DNA of 64,000 bases from Octopus sinensis (Eukaryota). Shown in pieces: positions 26,960 to 40,398 of this stretch. The notes under the pieces are model-generated. The model searched no databases. It saw only the letters and a program-made list of their open reading frames with translations, and was not told the origin of the DNA. The stretch is taken from NCBI RefSeq assembly GCF_006345805.1, contig NC_043012.1:47058001-47122000 (forward strand), given 5' to 3'. Each line of letters starts with the position of its first letter. The first letter of the stretch is position 1. A program made the position numbers and the translations under genes.

Positions 26960-28200
26960 TATTAGGGTAAGTTAAAATTTCTATGCACTTTTGTTTCTGT
27001 AATTCTTTGAAATAAAAGCAGGGGGATGAACAGTTACGTCATTTTTCAAAATATTCTCCTTGCTTTTTCAGCGATCCATGAGCTTGCTTATTTCATCGGG
27101 TAAGAATATTTTCATCTGGTTGTGCAGTTATTTACCGCTTCGTGCATATCTTCACCTGTAAAGGATGTTTCGATCTCGTAGAGAATATTTGAGCAGGGAC
27201 GTGATCTGAACTGTATGAACACTTGCTTTGCCAGGAGACCTCGGGACGACGGTGAATTGTTGGTCTCCGTTTGTTGACCAGCATTTAACTTTAGCCTACA
27301 CTGGTGAGTATCAACCCTTTTCTCAGGTGATGTTCATGTGTAGGCCGTCTTGCGTCCACTTTTTCTGCGAAACGCTTAGTCTTGAATTTGCTCGTTCGCT
27401 TGCGGTTCGGGGTTTCTTCCTGTCTGTACTCTGCCTTTTCGATTCTGGCTCAGAGGGTTCCAGGTCTCATCTCCTGTGTCTGCTTTCTCCTAAAACGCTT
27501 TGCATTCATCGATAAAGTTGGCCGAGTAAACATTAGTCGAGTAAGCGTTGAGATTGCGCATATGCACATCGCTAAGTTCTCTTGGCACCCGTCTCGTAAC
27601 ACTTTGCGAAAAACCATGATTAATTTACAGAGAACATGTCGCCTCATTGACAGTCACTCGTCCGTTCATCAGAGTCATCTTGTTAGCTTGCTGAATCTTT
27701 ATTTCAGTGATGCCGGTTGCTGGGCATCCTACTCCTTCTTCGCGCTTACCTCTTGCAGCATCATTTTTAAACTTCTCGATCCTTTTGTACATAATTCTAT
27801 GCAGAAGAGCGCTGTCTTTGCATTGCACTGAAAGCACCCGACGTACCTCCAGACTACGGAAATCGAATCAGTAATCTCTGTTCTAACTTGTCGCACACTC
27901 GGATTAGTATTAATCAGCGATGATGGATTGAGCATGTTTTATTGCATAACGCTACAATAATTTAAGCACAACATTATTTACAGATTTCCACATGTATATC
28001 CAGTGAGAGATGAAATCCCGCTGTATGATAGCATGGAAATTGCAGTATAATTTGTTTCTTACAGAGATTATATTAAAATATGTATCATCTATTCTCATTT
28101 AAAGAACAATGTTCTGTTAGAAAAAAAACTATATTACTCCCATCTTGGCTTTTGGTGTAAAATGCACCTTTATATTGCTAGCAGGGAGATATACCCACGA
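26960..28200 (-). mobile_element. Near full-length decayed mariner transposon
   Basis: Minus-strand frames: MYKRIEKFKND..GCPAT, RVTVNEA, FRKV, TGDETW, EPESKRQS, KFKT, and C-terminal QGEYFEK*. Outer boundaries are approximate. Confidence 0.85.
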
Positions 28201-29403
28201 TATCACCAGCGCCAAGACCAACAGATCACTTGATTCAACCTTCCTTGGTCTCGTCAATGATTGAACCTTGATCGCTAGAGATAGCCCCAACTCGTCTCTC
28301 TACGAACGATATATAGAAAAACAGTGCTAGAACTGGCATGGGTATCGCGAATATCTAGTGAGCTTATATTAGAGACAAAGGCAGTATAATTATGTTAAAA
28401 ATAGTCCAGACAAATTAAATTCAAAATACTTGATTACCAGCTCATATTAAGCTTTTTATAGTTCCTAGAGTTTTGCTTCTGTGTGAAAAATGTTCTTTCA
28501 CTCTTCAAGCAATATCGTATCAAATGTATATGATGTTCCTTAGCTTCAAATGTATAACATCGTCCGAAAAATAAAAATTGGTGTGTGAATTTAGACCTGA
28601 ATAATTTATGGTCATATATTGGCCAAGTGTCTCCTACTATAACCTCGAGATGACCAAGTTATTTCTCATTTTGCATTGAGAAATAAACAGGTGCAAGGGA
28701 TGCTACCATACATGCGCGACCCACAGTAGACTAGTTGTAGCGAAAAGATCATGAGCATGGTGCTATAGTCTCTGCAGACGGCTTGTTTGCTTGTAATTGG
28801 TTTTGGAAGAATCCACAAATTTGACTCAACCTCAACCAGAAGGATTTCCACTTTTGTTTAGAACAACAGCATATAAAAATCACAAAACGATCTTGAACAG
28901 TAATTAAGTAGAATCCAGACAATTACACCATCTCGCCAATGAATTAAAATGCTATGAAACATTAATAACGAGCTCTCTACAACGATGAAGCCTGATTTAT
29001 GTTTGTCAAAACTTGAATGCGAAAGACAGCACTACACAGAATGAAATCGAAAGACACGTGATTATATAAATCAATTAATATCCAAAGTCTGCCAACGACT
29101 GAATTCATCTCCAGATCTACAAAGATATAACGATAAATTCAAACACGTAGCACACTGCCACATGAAAGTGTACCAGAGAAAGACAAATATTACACACTCT
29201 GCCTCTTACAAATGTATAATCTTTTGAGTAGAACTTGAAAGGAGATTGAAACAGTCTTGTAAAACGTAATATGTATTAAAGCAATATTGAATCAGTAAAA
29301 ATCGTAAAACATACAACAGTCAGAGTGTCGAACCATAGCTAAATTATATATTATTTCAGACCGTCGGGAATTAGGTTACGCTTAAAACTGTACCATAATT
29401 GAT

Positions 29404-29575
29404 TTCAAATTTTGTCAATAGCCAGTGATATTGGGGAAGAGGAAACATTAATCACATCGATGTCAAAGGGCAAATATCGACCTTGATAGAATTTGAACTA
29501 AGAACGTAAAGATGGACGAAATGCCGCTAAGCATATTGCCCGGTGTGCTAATGATTCTGCCAGCTCACTGCCTTT
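29404..29575 (-). mobile_element. tRNA-derived SINE
   Basis: gaatttgaactaagaacgtaaagatggacgaaatgccgctaagcat...gattctgccagctcactgcc matches the family. Confidence 0.8.
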
Positions 29576-30896
29576 AAAACAGTGCCATAATTACATATTG
29601 TAATTATGTATTAACATCATTAATTTCTGTGGTTATTAATTATGTGTATGTAGCCGGCAATAGCGTATAACACAAATTTAAACGAGTGGGTGTGTCCTTA
29701 TGCATTTATAAACTTGTTATTCTAGTGATGACAAAAGTTGTGCAAAGGTGAAGTACAAATTATGCACTATCCAGAAGATAATTTCGTTAGAATATTCGAT
29801 CTATGTTACTACTAGAAACGATAACTGAATTTGACCTTCCGTTCTACACAATATCTATGTCTCAATCAGACATGCTGGCTAACAGACATATTTTTGGCAT
29901 ATATCCAGACTTAACAAACTGACAAATATTAGCAGACACTTTCTATTAACAAGGAACCCAGGTTATCGGCACGGCATACTTTTCTGACTGTATTCTTATA
30001 TAATAAATAATAAACTATACGTTACACTTCTGCATAGAGAACAAGTGTAATACATATATACATACAGATATGCATACATATATACATACACACACACACA
30101 CACACATACACACACACACACATACACACGCGCGCGCGCATACACACACAAACACATATAATTGTATGTTGCTGCTACTTTAAGAATTTGTGTTTTCAAT
30201 GTTATGGCTTAATACAACATACAGCAGTAAACACCTTGCCTTCATATACAATAGATTAATGAACAAGAATGTGGAGCGAGTCCAGATTAAATTCACTTTT
30301 CACTTAGGATGTACTCAATATTTCTCCAATACCACATTAAGCCTTATGAGGCAAATGCTTATATTCTCTCTGGTACTTAAGTTTTAAATGAATTGGTTTA
30401 ACCAATGATCATATAACCTATTCTTGATATGAAGATCGAAATTCCGGTGGGTTAACGACGTTTACCTTTAATAGTACACCACAACATAAAAGATAGCAAA
30501 TATAATCACAGGCATTGACTATATAAAGAAATATAACGCTACATTTTATCTCTGTCATTTTGTTTTATTTCTTTTCGAAAATATCTCAAATAAACAGGAT
30601 TGCCAAAATATTTATTAAAATTTGCTAAGGTACATTAAACCATAAAAATATTGAGGTGTTAATTGATGAAAAGCAATTGCAGTTATTGTAGAGTACGGCA
30701 GAGTAACTATAGTTATGTAGGCTCGTGAATGGGCATGCGTGTTTAATGATAAAAAACAATCTTCTAAGGTACAACGTATGTATGTATGTATATAATATAT
30801 ATATATATATATAATATATATATATAATATATATATATATATATGTGTATGTGTAAGTGTGTATATATATGTATATACACACTCACACACATATAC

Positions 30897-30941
<45 letters not shown>

Positions 30942-30946
30942 ATATA

Positions 30947-31105
30947 TATAAAATATTATTTGAGACAAAACCACTATTTTGCAAAACAAACAAGGAAAGA
31001 CTTAATCAATACATAAAATTTAATAAAAAGTCATTTTATGTATTGATTAAGTCTTTCCTTGTTTGTTTTGCAAAATAGTGGTTTTGTCTCAAATAATATT
31101 TTATA
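30947..31105. repeat. Perfect 73-bp inverted repeat with 13-bp spacer, abutting (TA)n
   Basis: 30947-31019 is the exact reverse complement of 31033-31105. Confidence 0.97.
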
Positions 31106-31188
31106 ATATTTTACTATAAAATTGGATTTAATCCTAAATCTGATTTTTTTTCCCTGTAAATTTGGATATATTCCCTAATATTTATTAT

Positions 31189-31226
<38 letters not shown>

Positions 31227-32774
31227 ATGTATATATATATATATACATATATATAGTCGCCATCTGACAATCAATCGCAGCGCGGATCTTGTTATATACG
31301 TTACGTTCGTTCTAAAAGCACTGATAAACTATTGATTTTACGTCTGGCTATCAAACCTTTGCAAAGTTGTGGACTGATTCATGCGACGCCATTGCTTTGG
31401 CATAATTTTCGGCCAATCGAAACAGCGAGATTATAACGTTTACTTAACACCATATTTATGAATGGTTTTCTACATTTCCTCTTTTTCTTTTCACACAATA
31501 ATGATTTTATACTGGTGATTTATTTTTGGATGTTGGCAATAAAGTGTGCTGTGGAGTACTAACAAATTATATAAGCATTACATTTTCGTGTCTCTTGTTA
31601 CCTAGAATATAACGGAATAGAATACATTACAAATTTGGTTGTTACATGCTGCTAATTCTCCAGTTCTCACACTTTAAGAAATATTGACGAAATGTCTGCT
31701 GTCCAATCTAATTTTAAGATTTCTAGCTATCTTAGCAGCTAAAGCAAGTATTGATATTTTGCCAAATTTTCTAAACGAACTAGGACAGCACTTGCATAAA
31801 ATGTCTGTTTATAATGTATTTTATAAGATAAATATATAAAAAAAAGTATCGCATACAGATACTGTCTGTCTGTCTCTCTCTCTCATACATATTTATTTGA
31901 ATTTTCAATCATGTATTTATATATATATATATGTATGTGTGTATGTGTGTGTGTGTGTATGTGTGCCTGTGTGTGTGTGAGTTTAGGTGCATGCATATGC
32001 GTATGTATATATTTTCTAAAATACTGCATGTAAAATAGTATTTATTATTGAACTACCGGGGGCAGTATATCGAAGTTAAAATATATATATCAGATGTACA
32101 TAATTATTTCATTACTCAGTCAAAATATATTTAGGTTCTCTGTATTTGTGCATTGTTATGTACATATATGTTTGTGTGTGTTTATATATATATATTTACA
32201 CACACACACACACATATGCATGTATGTATATAATGTATACGTCACGCACCATTAAACATTTCAGCAATGAAGAAAATTTATATAGATGTAGACAAGGATC
32301 TGTGTTGCAACACACAGTGTTTGTTATACCTGCCATTGCAGCACACACGCCGTGTATTATATTACAATGGCGTTATACTATATTGTAATCAGCATTTATG
32401 AATTGAATTGGCAAGTTCAAATGCGAAAAAAATCCTGTACCATGCTTCTGACCATCCAAGTATAGATATATCAGTGTATGTGTTTGTATATTCCTGAGCA
32501 TAATATTACGTATAAAGTTGAACATTTGAGAAACACTATGCACTGTACTATCTTCTTTCGACTACATCAAATATATCAATGTTATTTGGAAGAATATTGC
32601 ATCGATAGAAAATACGATATATTGTGGGAAATGTTTAAATGTTTCTGCAAAAAAGAACAAAAATAAAAGAAACATGAAGCGCTATGGAGTAGTTGTAAAT
32701 ATAGACAGAATAGTGATTTCAAAAATTTCAAGCATAGTAAACTCGTGCATGGCATTAAATACAAAAATATTTGT

Positions 32775-32920
32775 CTGGGTGAGAAGCTTGCGTTGCATCT
32801 GCTAGGTCTCATGTCTATTTCCACTGCGAGGCACCTTGGGCATGAGCCTTGTCTTACAGCACAGAGCAGGCAAATGACTTGCGAGTGAATTTAGTAGACG
32901 AAACTGTGGAGAACCACTCC
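32775..32920 (+). mobile_element. Degenerate CORE-type SINE 5' half
   Basis: gagaagcttgc...ccactgcgaggcaccttgggca...gtgaatttagtagacgaaactg. Confidence 0.65.
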
Positions 32921-32925
32921 TGATA

Positions 32926-33014
<89 letters not shown>

Positions 33015-33121
33015 ATATGTGTGTGTGTGTGTATGTGTGTGTGTGTGTGTGTATAAGTGTAAATTTAATGACAAGGACCTTAGGCAAGTAGATTTACAGT
33101 ATTAGAAATATTTAAAAGCAA

Positions 33122-33380
33122 AAAAAAATGTACACGTGTATAGCTATAAAAGAGTCCGACTTACACAAAATATGAATAATATCAGGCGTTGAATAGGTTG
33201 AGATTTGTCAGTCCAACTGTTGTTTCTGGGTGCTTGGTGGTCGGGAATAATAACAGTTACTTGGTTCCATCTTGTTAACACATCTAATGTAAAGCTCTCC
33301 TCTGAAGATCCATTCAACTCCTGATATCATTTATATTTTTTGCAAGTCGGACTAATTTATATTCATACAATGTGCATTTT
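33122..33380. mobile_element. Old inverted-repeat element (diverged ~75-bp arms, ~110-bp core)
   Basis: 33122-33198 vs reverse complement of 33309-33380 share agtccgactt and atatcagg.gttgaat blocks. Confidence 0.6.
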
Positions 33381-33410
33381 TTGTATCAACTTATCTAATC
33401 TGTCTAAATA

Positions 33411-33630
33411 AGGCGGCGAGATGGCAGAAGTGTTGGCATGCCGGGTTGAAATGCTTAGCGGTATTTCATCTGTCTTCACGTTCTGACTTCAAATTTCGCC
33501 TAGGTCAACATTGCATTTCATCTTTTCGGGGTCGATAAATCAAGTACCAATTGCGTACTGGGGTCGATCTAATCGACTGGTCCCCTCTCTCAAAATTCCG
33601 GATATTGTGCCAAGAGAAGAAAAGAATTTC
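33411..33630 (+). mobile_element. Full-length tRNA-derived SINE
   Basis: ggcggcgagatggcagaa head, gttctgacttcaaatttcgcc B-box-like region, ggggtcgataaatcaagtacc body. Confidence 0.85.
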
Positions 33631-34661
33631 TGTGTAAATCGGCTTGCCTAACTTGTCATTACATTTACTCCGCTACCTGCTGAGGTTCAAATCTCTAACC
33701 TATGTATATATGCATACGTGTGTGTGTGTCAATTTATGCGTGTTTGTGCTGCGTATTTATTTGTATTTGTGTATTTTCCACCACTCTTTGACAACTTGTT
33801 TTGCTATGTTTACATATCTTCAACACAGTGCCCAATATGTCTGTACTCCAATAATTAAGACAAATATAATTTAATGATAAAACACAATAGTTGGATTGTA
33901 GTTAAAGTCTATCAGTTATGCAATATCTGCAATCCGAGTCTCTGTAGTACATATTTGTTGAAAATAATTGTCATGCTTTCATTTGGATATATAAGTTTAT
34001 GATGCGACATATGAAGGAACGCACCTCGAATAACATTATTTTTATTTACTGAATTTTTATGCAGAAAATTGTTGAAGGCAAGCTACTCGCATAGGCCATA
34101 TTACTTTTTATTTTACTGTAGAGAATTTAAAAACTTAAAACATTTTACTTAATTCTCAGTAAACACCAGGAGAGGTGTGAGAAAGCAATAAATTCTTGGA
34201 ATCATTAATAAACATGGTTACTTTATGTTCGTGTTTTTCTGCGAATGTATATATCTGTTTGTGATAAACGGCTGGTCTAAAGAAGATTTGTGTTTTGCTG
34301 TGACCGCCTTGACCCGAGTGCAGTGACCGCAATTTTCTCTAATTAACGTATATTCAACTTTGATGTTAATTTCCGGGATTCTACTAAAGTTTATGGAATA
34401 ATTTACAGGAGAATTGAAATTTGTTGTGTAATTGATATTTTAGCTGCTTCCCTTCATCCCCAATCTTAATGCATGGTCGTATATCAACTTAAAAATGTTT
34501 CTTGCAATAATTTTGTTTTTATAATGTTGCTAATGTATCATGCAAGCTCATAAATTTTCCTCTGATAAGCAGGAATATGTTGGTGTCCAGCGATAATATA
34601 AAATCTATAACTATTTAGTAAATATATCTCTAGCATGAACTTATTTTCAGATGTCACCTTC

Positions 34662-34960
34662 CAGCGATTCTCAACCATGGCTTAGGTATGGAGCCTTTGA
34701 TTACTACTTTATTCTGGCGACTCCCATATCCATTCGATGTTTAAAAACTAGTTTTATAGTTACTTCTTTCAAAATTACTCGGTGTAGGCTGAGAGGAAAA
34801 AAATAACTGTTTCTTGCAATAAATACATCTAAAGAAAAACGTTTTCATGGACTCATAAAATTTTGCTGTCTACCCAATTTTGTGTTTTTGTTTTGTGAAC
34901 CCCACAAAATCTTATATGTAAGTTCTAGTGCATATGGACCCCGGCTGAGAAAAACCACAG
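34662..34960. mobile_element. hAT (Charlie-like) MITE relic
   Basis: Left end cagcgattctcaacc; degenerate right end ggacccc-ggctgagaaaaaccacag. Confidence 0.45.
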
Positions 34961-35699
34961 TAGATGAACATATATCATTATATAATACTCTATGTGTCTT
35001 CATGTTTAATTTAGACATGTCGACAAAATCTTGTGCACAGAAATTATTGTCTGTAATAATTGCAAGAAATTTTATATTAAAATTACTGACAGTAATTGGA
35101 ACGTAATTTTTGAAGGAAATCACTGGTAAACTGACTGTGCCTGTGTTCAGGATTTTAGAATGTTCCATGAACTCATATAAACAGAACAAATATAAAACAG
35201 TTGAAACGTGTTATCAGCAGCTGATATAGTAAATGTAGTGGTACAACTAACATAACTAACATTTTATGAGTAATGACAAGGTATACATGGTATGCGTTGT
35301 CGTTACCTATATTTATGTGCTTCTATACTTCAAATGCTAACATCACTATACACTTTTACATTCATTACTAACTGAACTCGAATCAATTCCCCTATTAATC
35401 GAAAGTTTAACATTTTATCAGGATTTCTGTCAACGCACGTTTCTTCCTACGAAACAACCGCTTTCTCCGGTTTACCTTCACCACACTGAACAGCCTTGCT
35501 TCAATTACCCCTTCCCCCAGAAGAAACAGTAAAGAAACGAACTAGACAACCTGCAAACGGTATATTAAGTGGAAAAGATGCATGGTAAATCAGGTTCTGA
35601 TGCAACACGAAATTCCGAAGTCACTGTCAACCTTTTCCTTGTAAAAGTAACCCAATATGTCGCCGATAAAACTTACTGAGTAAACCTTAAGTTTAATAT

Positions 35700-35905
35700 T
35701 GGTTTCAAACTTTGGCACAAGGCCAGCAATTAACGGAAGGGTAAGTCATTTGCATAGACTCCGGTGCTCAACTGGTATTTAATTTATCGATCTTGAAAGG
35801 ATGAACTGCAAAGTTGACCTGGGCGGAATTTGAAATTAGAATGTAATGACGGACGAAATGCTACATTTTGCTCGGCGTTCTGACCATTCTACCGGTTCAC
35901 CGCCT
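35700..35905 (-). mobile_element. tRNA-derived SINE
   Basis: gaaaggatgaactgcaaagttgacctgggcggaatttgaa...ccattctaccggttcaccgcctt. Confidence 0.8.
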
Positions 35906-36454
35906 TTCATTAGTTTAATATTAAGCCGTTTTCTGTATAACTTGATTTATAAACAAACATTAACGTGTAACTGTACACGCATACATAGGTATTTGGCTTT
36001 ATTTTTATTTGTATGTATATTTCAGTGTGAAAGTGTGTTTGTGCGCAAGTGTGTGCTTATTAAGAGAAAATGATAATATTATTGCTATATTTCGGGATGG
36101 TCATTTGTTTTTTGTCAATGGACGAGTCGGAGCAGGAGGATAGACGTATATGTGTGACAAAAGATTTCCAGACAATGGACATAACATAAATAAACGTGTG
36201 AAGAACGAATATATAGCGCCTGTGATATTTGGCAAGAAAAGAATTGACCATTCGAAATATACCAATATACATTTCACATCAGGAATGCTGCAAACCATAT
36301 TCATAAACGTAATGATAATATTATTATTTTTTTTTTTTTTATGAAATTGAGAATTTTGAGAAAGAACTTGAGGGAAATAAATGATTTTAGCTTATAGAAT
36401 GTTTTTCGTTTGGCTGATCTGATACCATCTTGCAGTGCATTATCAAAACTGCGA

Positions 36455-36640
36455 ATAAGACGGCGGCAGAATGGTCAGTATGCCGGGTGAAATGCTTAAA
36501 GGCATTTACGTTTTAACCGAGCTGCATCTTGCCTATTTATCATTTCAGGAGTCAGCAAAATGAGTACTAATGGAGCACTAGAATCGACTTACACTATCCC
36601 ACGAAGTTGTTGGCCTTGCGCCAAAATTTGAGACAGTTGT
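36455..36640 (+). mobile_element. Degenerate tRNA-derived SINE
   Basis: gacggcggcagaatggtcagtatgccgggtgaaatgctta...ggccttgcgccaaaatttgaga. Confidence 0.65.
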
Positions 36641-37399
36641 TAGAAATGCAATTTTTCTTTTCTTCCCGGTAAGACTTAGACGCAGGTAAAGAGCACGTGA
36701 CATCTCCCAAAGAAAAATTGTCAAATATATTCTAATCGAAGAAATTGCTTACTTACAATCTAAATTTCTTGCAAAAGGAACGAAAAAATTACAACCACTT
36801 GACATAGAAATTAATGGTCGAGAAACATTTAAGGAACATGACACACGGCTCACCTAACTTCAATATGTCGACCACAAGCATTAATTCCAAATGTTATTAT
36901 TGACGGATTTCAGAAATAGAAACCAATAAGTTATAAGATGGGATCAGGGATCAGTCTTCGCACTGAGCATTATGTTTGTTTCCTAATTATTCAGAATTAG
37001 TGAAAGAAATCAACGTTTGTTCTCACTTATAGCTCATCCATTGACGTTCAAATGCAACAGCAAAAAAATATACCTTCTAAGTTCAGAGATTTGAGCAAAG
37101 TCGAGTCCCAAATCGGGAACAAATTCGTGCAAACATGGAGACACGCTGGCAAAACGCTGGAAGCCTTACTTGCCATTATGGTTTTGCGGCACGAATCAAA
37201 TTCCGCCTTGTCGTCTACTCAAGAAAACATTGTAAGTGATCGATAAGTCCCCAACTTCTCTCCATTTGCCAAAAGGTTTGCAAGGTACCAGCAAGCCTCA
37301 AGAGACAGATTCGTGTATTCGTGTTAATGACAAGAAAAACCCTCCTCCTTCTCCTCCTCCTCCTCCTCCTCCTCCTCCACACTCTCTCTGCATATATAT

Positions 37400-37811
37400 A
37401 TATGTTTAAATTTAAAATGAGGGTGGGAAATTAGATATTAATTTAATTAACATCAATTTCACACCAATGGTCTAGCATATAAAAAAACTGAAGGTTCAGT
37501 AAAATTGTATAATATACATATTAGAGGGAAACCACTCCGTGGACACCCTCATGCTAGAAATAGTCCTGCAGATTATACTCATCTGGACGGTCGCACCGAT
37601 GATCTACGGATATTTATGTAAGTAACATTACGTAATATGTTAATAGTGAAACATGTATGCGAATAATCCATATTTTTATTGCGTTTTCTTTTGTCATGCT
37701 CGATTTCGTTTTGATTGTTTTGCTAAATTTTTCTTGAGAATATTTCTTAATGGTAAGTCCATAGCGGATCTATTTCTAGCATAAGGGTGTCCACATAGTG
37801 GTTTCCCTCTA

Positions 37812-37814
<3 letters not shown>
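37400..37814. mobile_element. Second copy of the 19.5-kb element: leader + 45-bp TIR + ~170-bp unique core + long right arm
   Basis: tattagagggaaaccact..gtggacaccc.catgctagaaatag (37519-37563) is inverted at ~37770-37814; the right arm 37730-37814 matches 19629-19712. Confidence 0.85.
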
Positions 37815-37848
<34 letters not shown>

Positions 37849-38367
37849 CACACAAGACACAAACACATTGGCTCCGCGAGGTAAGGATTATAGAGGCAGG
37901 TGTCCACAATCGTTGCAGACTTGGTCATAACCAACAAGTCCAGTTCAACACAAGTGCAGATATTGAATGGGAAAGTGGGCAGATCAACATTCGTCACCTC
38001 TCCTTGCATTTCCTCCTTAACCTAAGACAAGCAAAAATGTTCACGCCAGTGTCTTGGAAGAATGCTTTTACGCGGAGTACAGGCTTTTGTGTAAGCGCCA
38101 AGAACAACCCCTGATGATGGACAATGGGGCGGGTGCTCAGAGAATTATTTAAGGAGTATTTGTACCTCTCTGATGCTCCTACGTATATCATATATGTGTG
38201 TGTATATGTATGTGTGTCCATGTGTGTATGAGCGTGTGAATGTGCCTGTCCGCGTACGTTTCCGCACGCTTCTGTGTGAGTGGTACACAATACACGCTGC
38301 ATAAGATGAGGTTTTTATGAATAATGATCACGAGGGAACCCAATATAGAGCAGTTTATTTTTGTATG

Positions 38368-39695
38368 TGAAGCATAACAGTTTAGAAAAAAAACATTGGT
38401 TTCATATCTAGCGTGAACTAGATATCACTTCAGTTTCTCTAAACGTTAACCGTTCTCTGCAAAACATGTTTTTTGTAAACACAAGAAAGCTTGTGATAGT
38501 TCAAGAAATACTTTTCTTAACAAATTATGGCCGGGCGAGTTGTCTCCCTACGCTTGATAGCTAGGTTTTCCAATGTTGAAGTAAAAATTTCCGAAAATGT
38601 GGACAACTCCCACGGCTTCCTTCCTGGTGTTCAGGTAGCCTCCCGGCTCATGTGAGTTCATGAGGACAATATATCTTTCTGCCATACACAATTTATACAG
38701 CCCTGTTCCATCGTGATAGGGTCCACAAGTTTCCAATAATTTCTACCTAATGTTAAAGGGCGTATGATCGTCCTTTAGGTGCCATACGTATACTGCGAGT
38801 GTTATTATGTTGCGTCTCTCCTCGGCCCTGAAAGAAGATCTGTGATTGTTCAGTCGAATTTTAAATTTAGATACACTAGATCCGACATAAAGTTTACTGT
38901 GTGTCCCTGTGTTGGCATTAATATTACTGATATTGCAGCTGCTACGGTTTGAGGCTACATCTGCTTGGTACACTGCAGCCTCGGTGTTACATCGGCCGGG
39001 GACTGGGCATTAATTTCTAATCCTGCATGAACAACCAACCTCTATCCGTGGTTTAGGCGTGCTAAGTAATTTTTTCTTAACATTGGGTGCATATCTGAAA
39101 GAGATTCTTAAATTGTGTCTGTTATTTATTTCCATATTTGTGTGATTGCGTGAAATGATTATCAAACAACCAAAATTCTTACCTACGCATGCCCGGACGT
39201 TTAGGGAGAAGAGGGAGCGAACCATAAGGTCTTGCGGGGGCGTTTCCTTTTATAGTTCCTCAATCTTGCTGTATATACTATTTTCTCTTTGAACCCGCTG
39301 GCTGCTAGCACCTCATTGTAAGCGGGAGCCGCTGCATCGAAAATATCTGTATTTGAAGATAAGATCGAAATTCATTTACTGATACCTTTTATTAAGTTTT
39401 TGAACTCTATGAGTGGGTGGCAGGAGGCTGTATTAATGTACGATGGCCTATCATTCGGCTTACGGTATGGTCTGTAGGTGCCACTTCAAAATTGGAAAAC
39501 CTGTCTATCAAGCGAAGGAAGAAATCTCGTCCGGCCATAATTTTAAGAGGAATATTTCTTGAAGTATCACCGGTGTTCTTGTGTCAAAAAAAAAGTTTTT
39601 ACAGAGAACGGTTATCGTTTAGAGAAACTGAAGAGATATCTAGTTCACGCTAGATAGGAAACCAATGGTTTTTTTTTCTAAACTATTACGTTACA
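38368..39695 (-). mobile_element. Penelope-like element 3' portion (GIY-YIG endonuclease) with inverted pseudo-LTRs
   Basis: Minus frames: ISILSSNTDIFDAAAPAYNEVLAASGF, RPRKTLWFAPLFSLNV, YVGSSVSKFKIRLNNHRSSF, TLAVYVWHLK, PYHDG..YKLCMAE. 38368-38590 is a diverged inverted copy of 39480-39695. Confidence 0.9.
39617..39683 (+). ncRNA. Type I hammerhead-like motif in the inverted pLTR (sister copy 38380-38443, minus strand)
   Basis: gtttagagaaa-CTGAAGA-ga[tatctag ttcacg ctagata]g-GAAA-cc aat gg-T-T..tttttctaaac: long helix I, 7-bp helix II stem, near-palindromic helix III. Confidence 0.7.
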
Positions 39696-39710
39696 CACAC
39701 ATACACACAC

Positions 39711-39781
<71 letters not shown>

Positions 39782-40068
39782 CATTGACGTAAATGACTAC
39801 ATATATTACAAAAGGGGAAAATTATTTTAGTTTTTAATCTTAAAAATGTGTTAAATTTTCTTTCGGGCTCTTTCTGATTTTGCGAACGTTGTCACCCACC
39901 TTCGACTTTGAATTAGGTTAATTGCTAGTTTGGTATTAAAGCCGATATAACAAATCATTTTTAATCAGTCATTGTTAGTCCGTCACAGTTTCCATTTCCG
40001 TTGCAGTTCGCAATATACTTTCCACAATTCTTCTTTTCCTAACTTTATTTCTCTTTGGCATTCCAACG

Positions 40069-40115
<47 letters not shown>

Positions 40116-40227
40116 TATATATATATGCATGTACTTTTCCTACGATTCAAGACTCCTTACTATAATTATAACTATAAGTATAATTATAACTATAACCTAC
40201 GTGCTCTCTTCCTCTCTCTGTGTGTAT

Positions 40228-40271
<44 letters not shown>

Positions 40272-40398
40272 AAATAATGAAATAAAAAAAAGGGAAAAAA
40301 CTACAGAAGACTTGTTTTAAAAGGTTAAAAAAAATATATTTGAGTCATTATGTCACAAGAATGTTATAAATTTTTTTCATACAATGACATAGTTTTTG

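Noticed and set aside
35521-37231. Phase-compatible exon pair 35521-35584 and 37033-37231
   Set aside because: Phase match has a 1-in-3 chance, there is no recognisable protein, and the second segment contains a degenerate SINE head (gctggcaaaacg...tcaaattccgcc).
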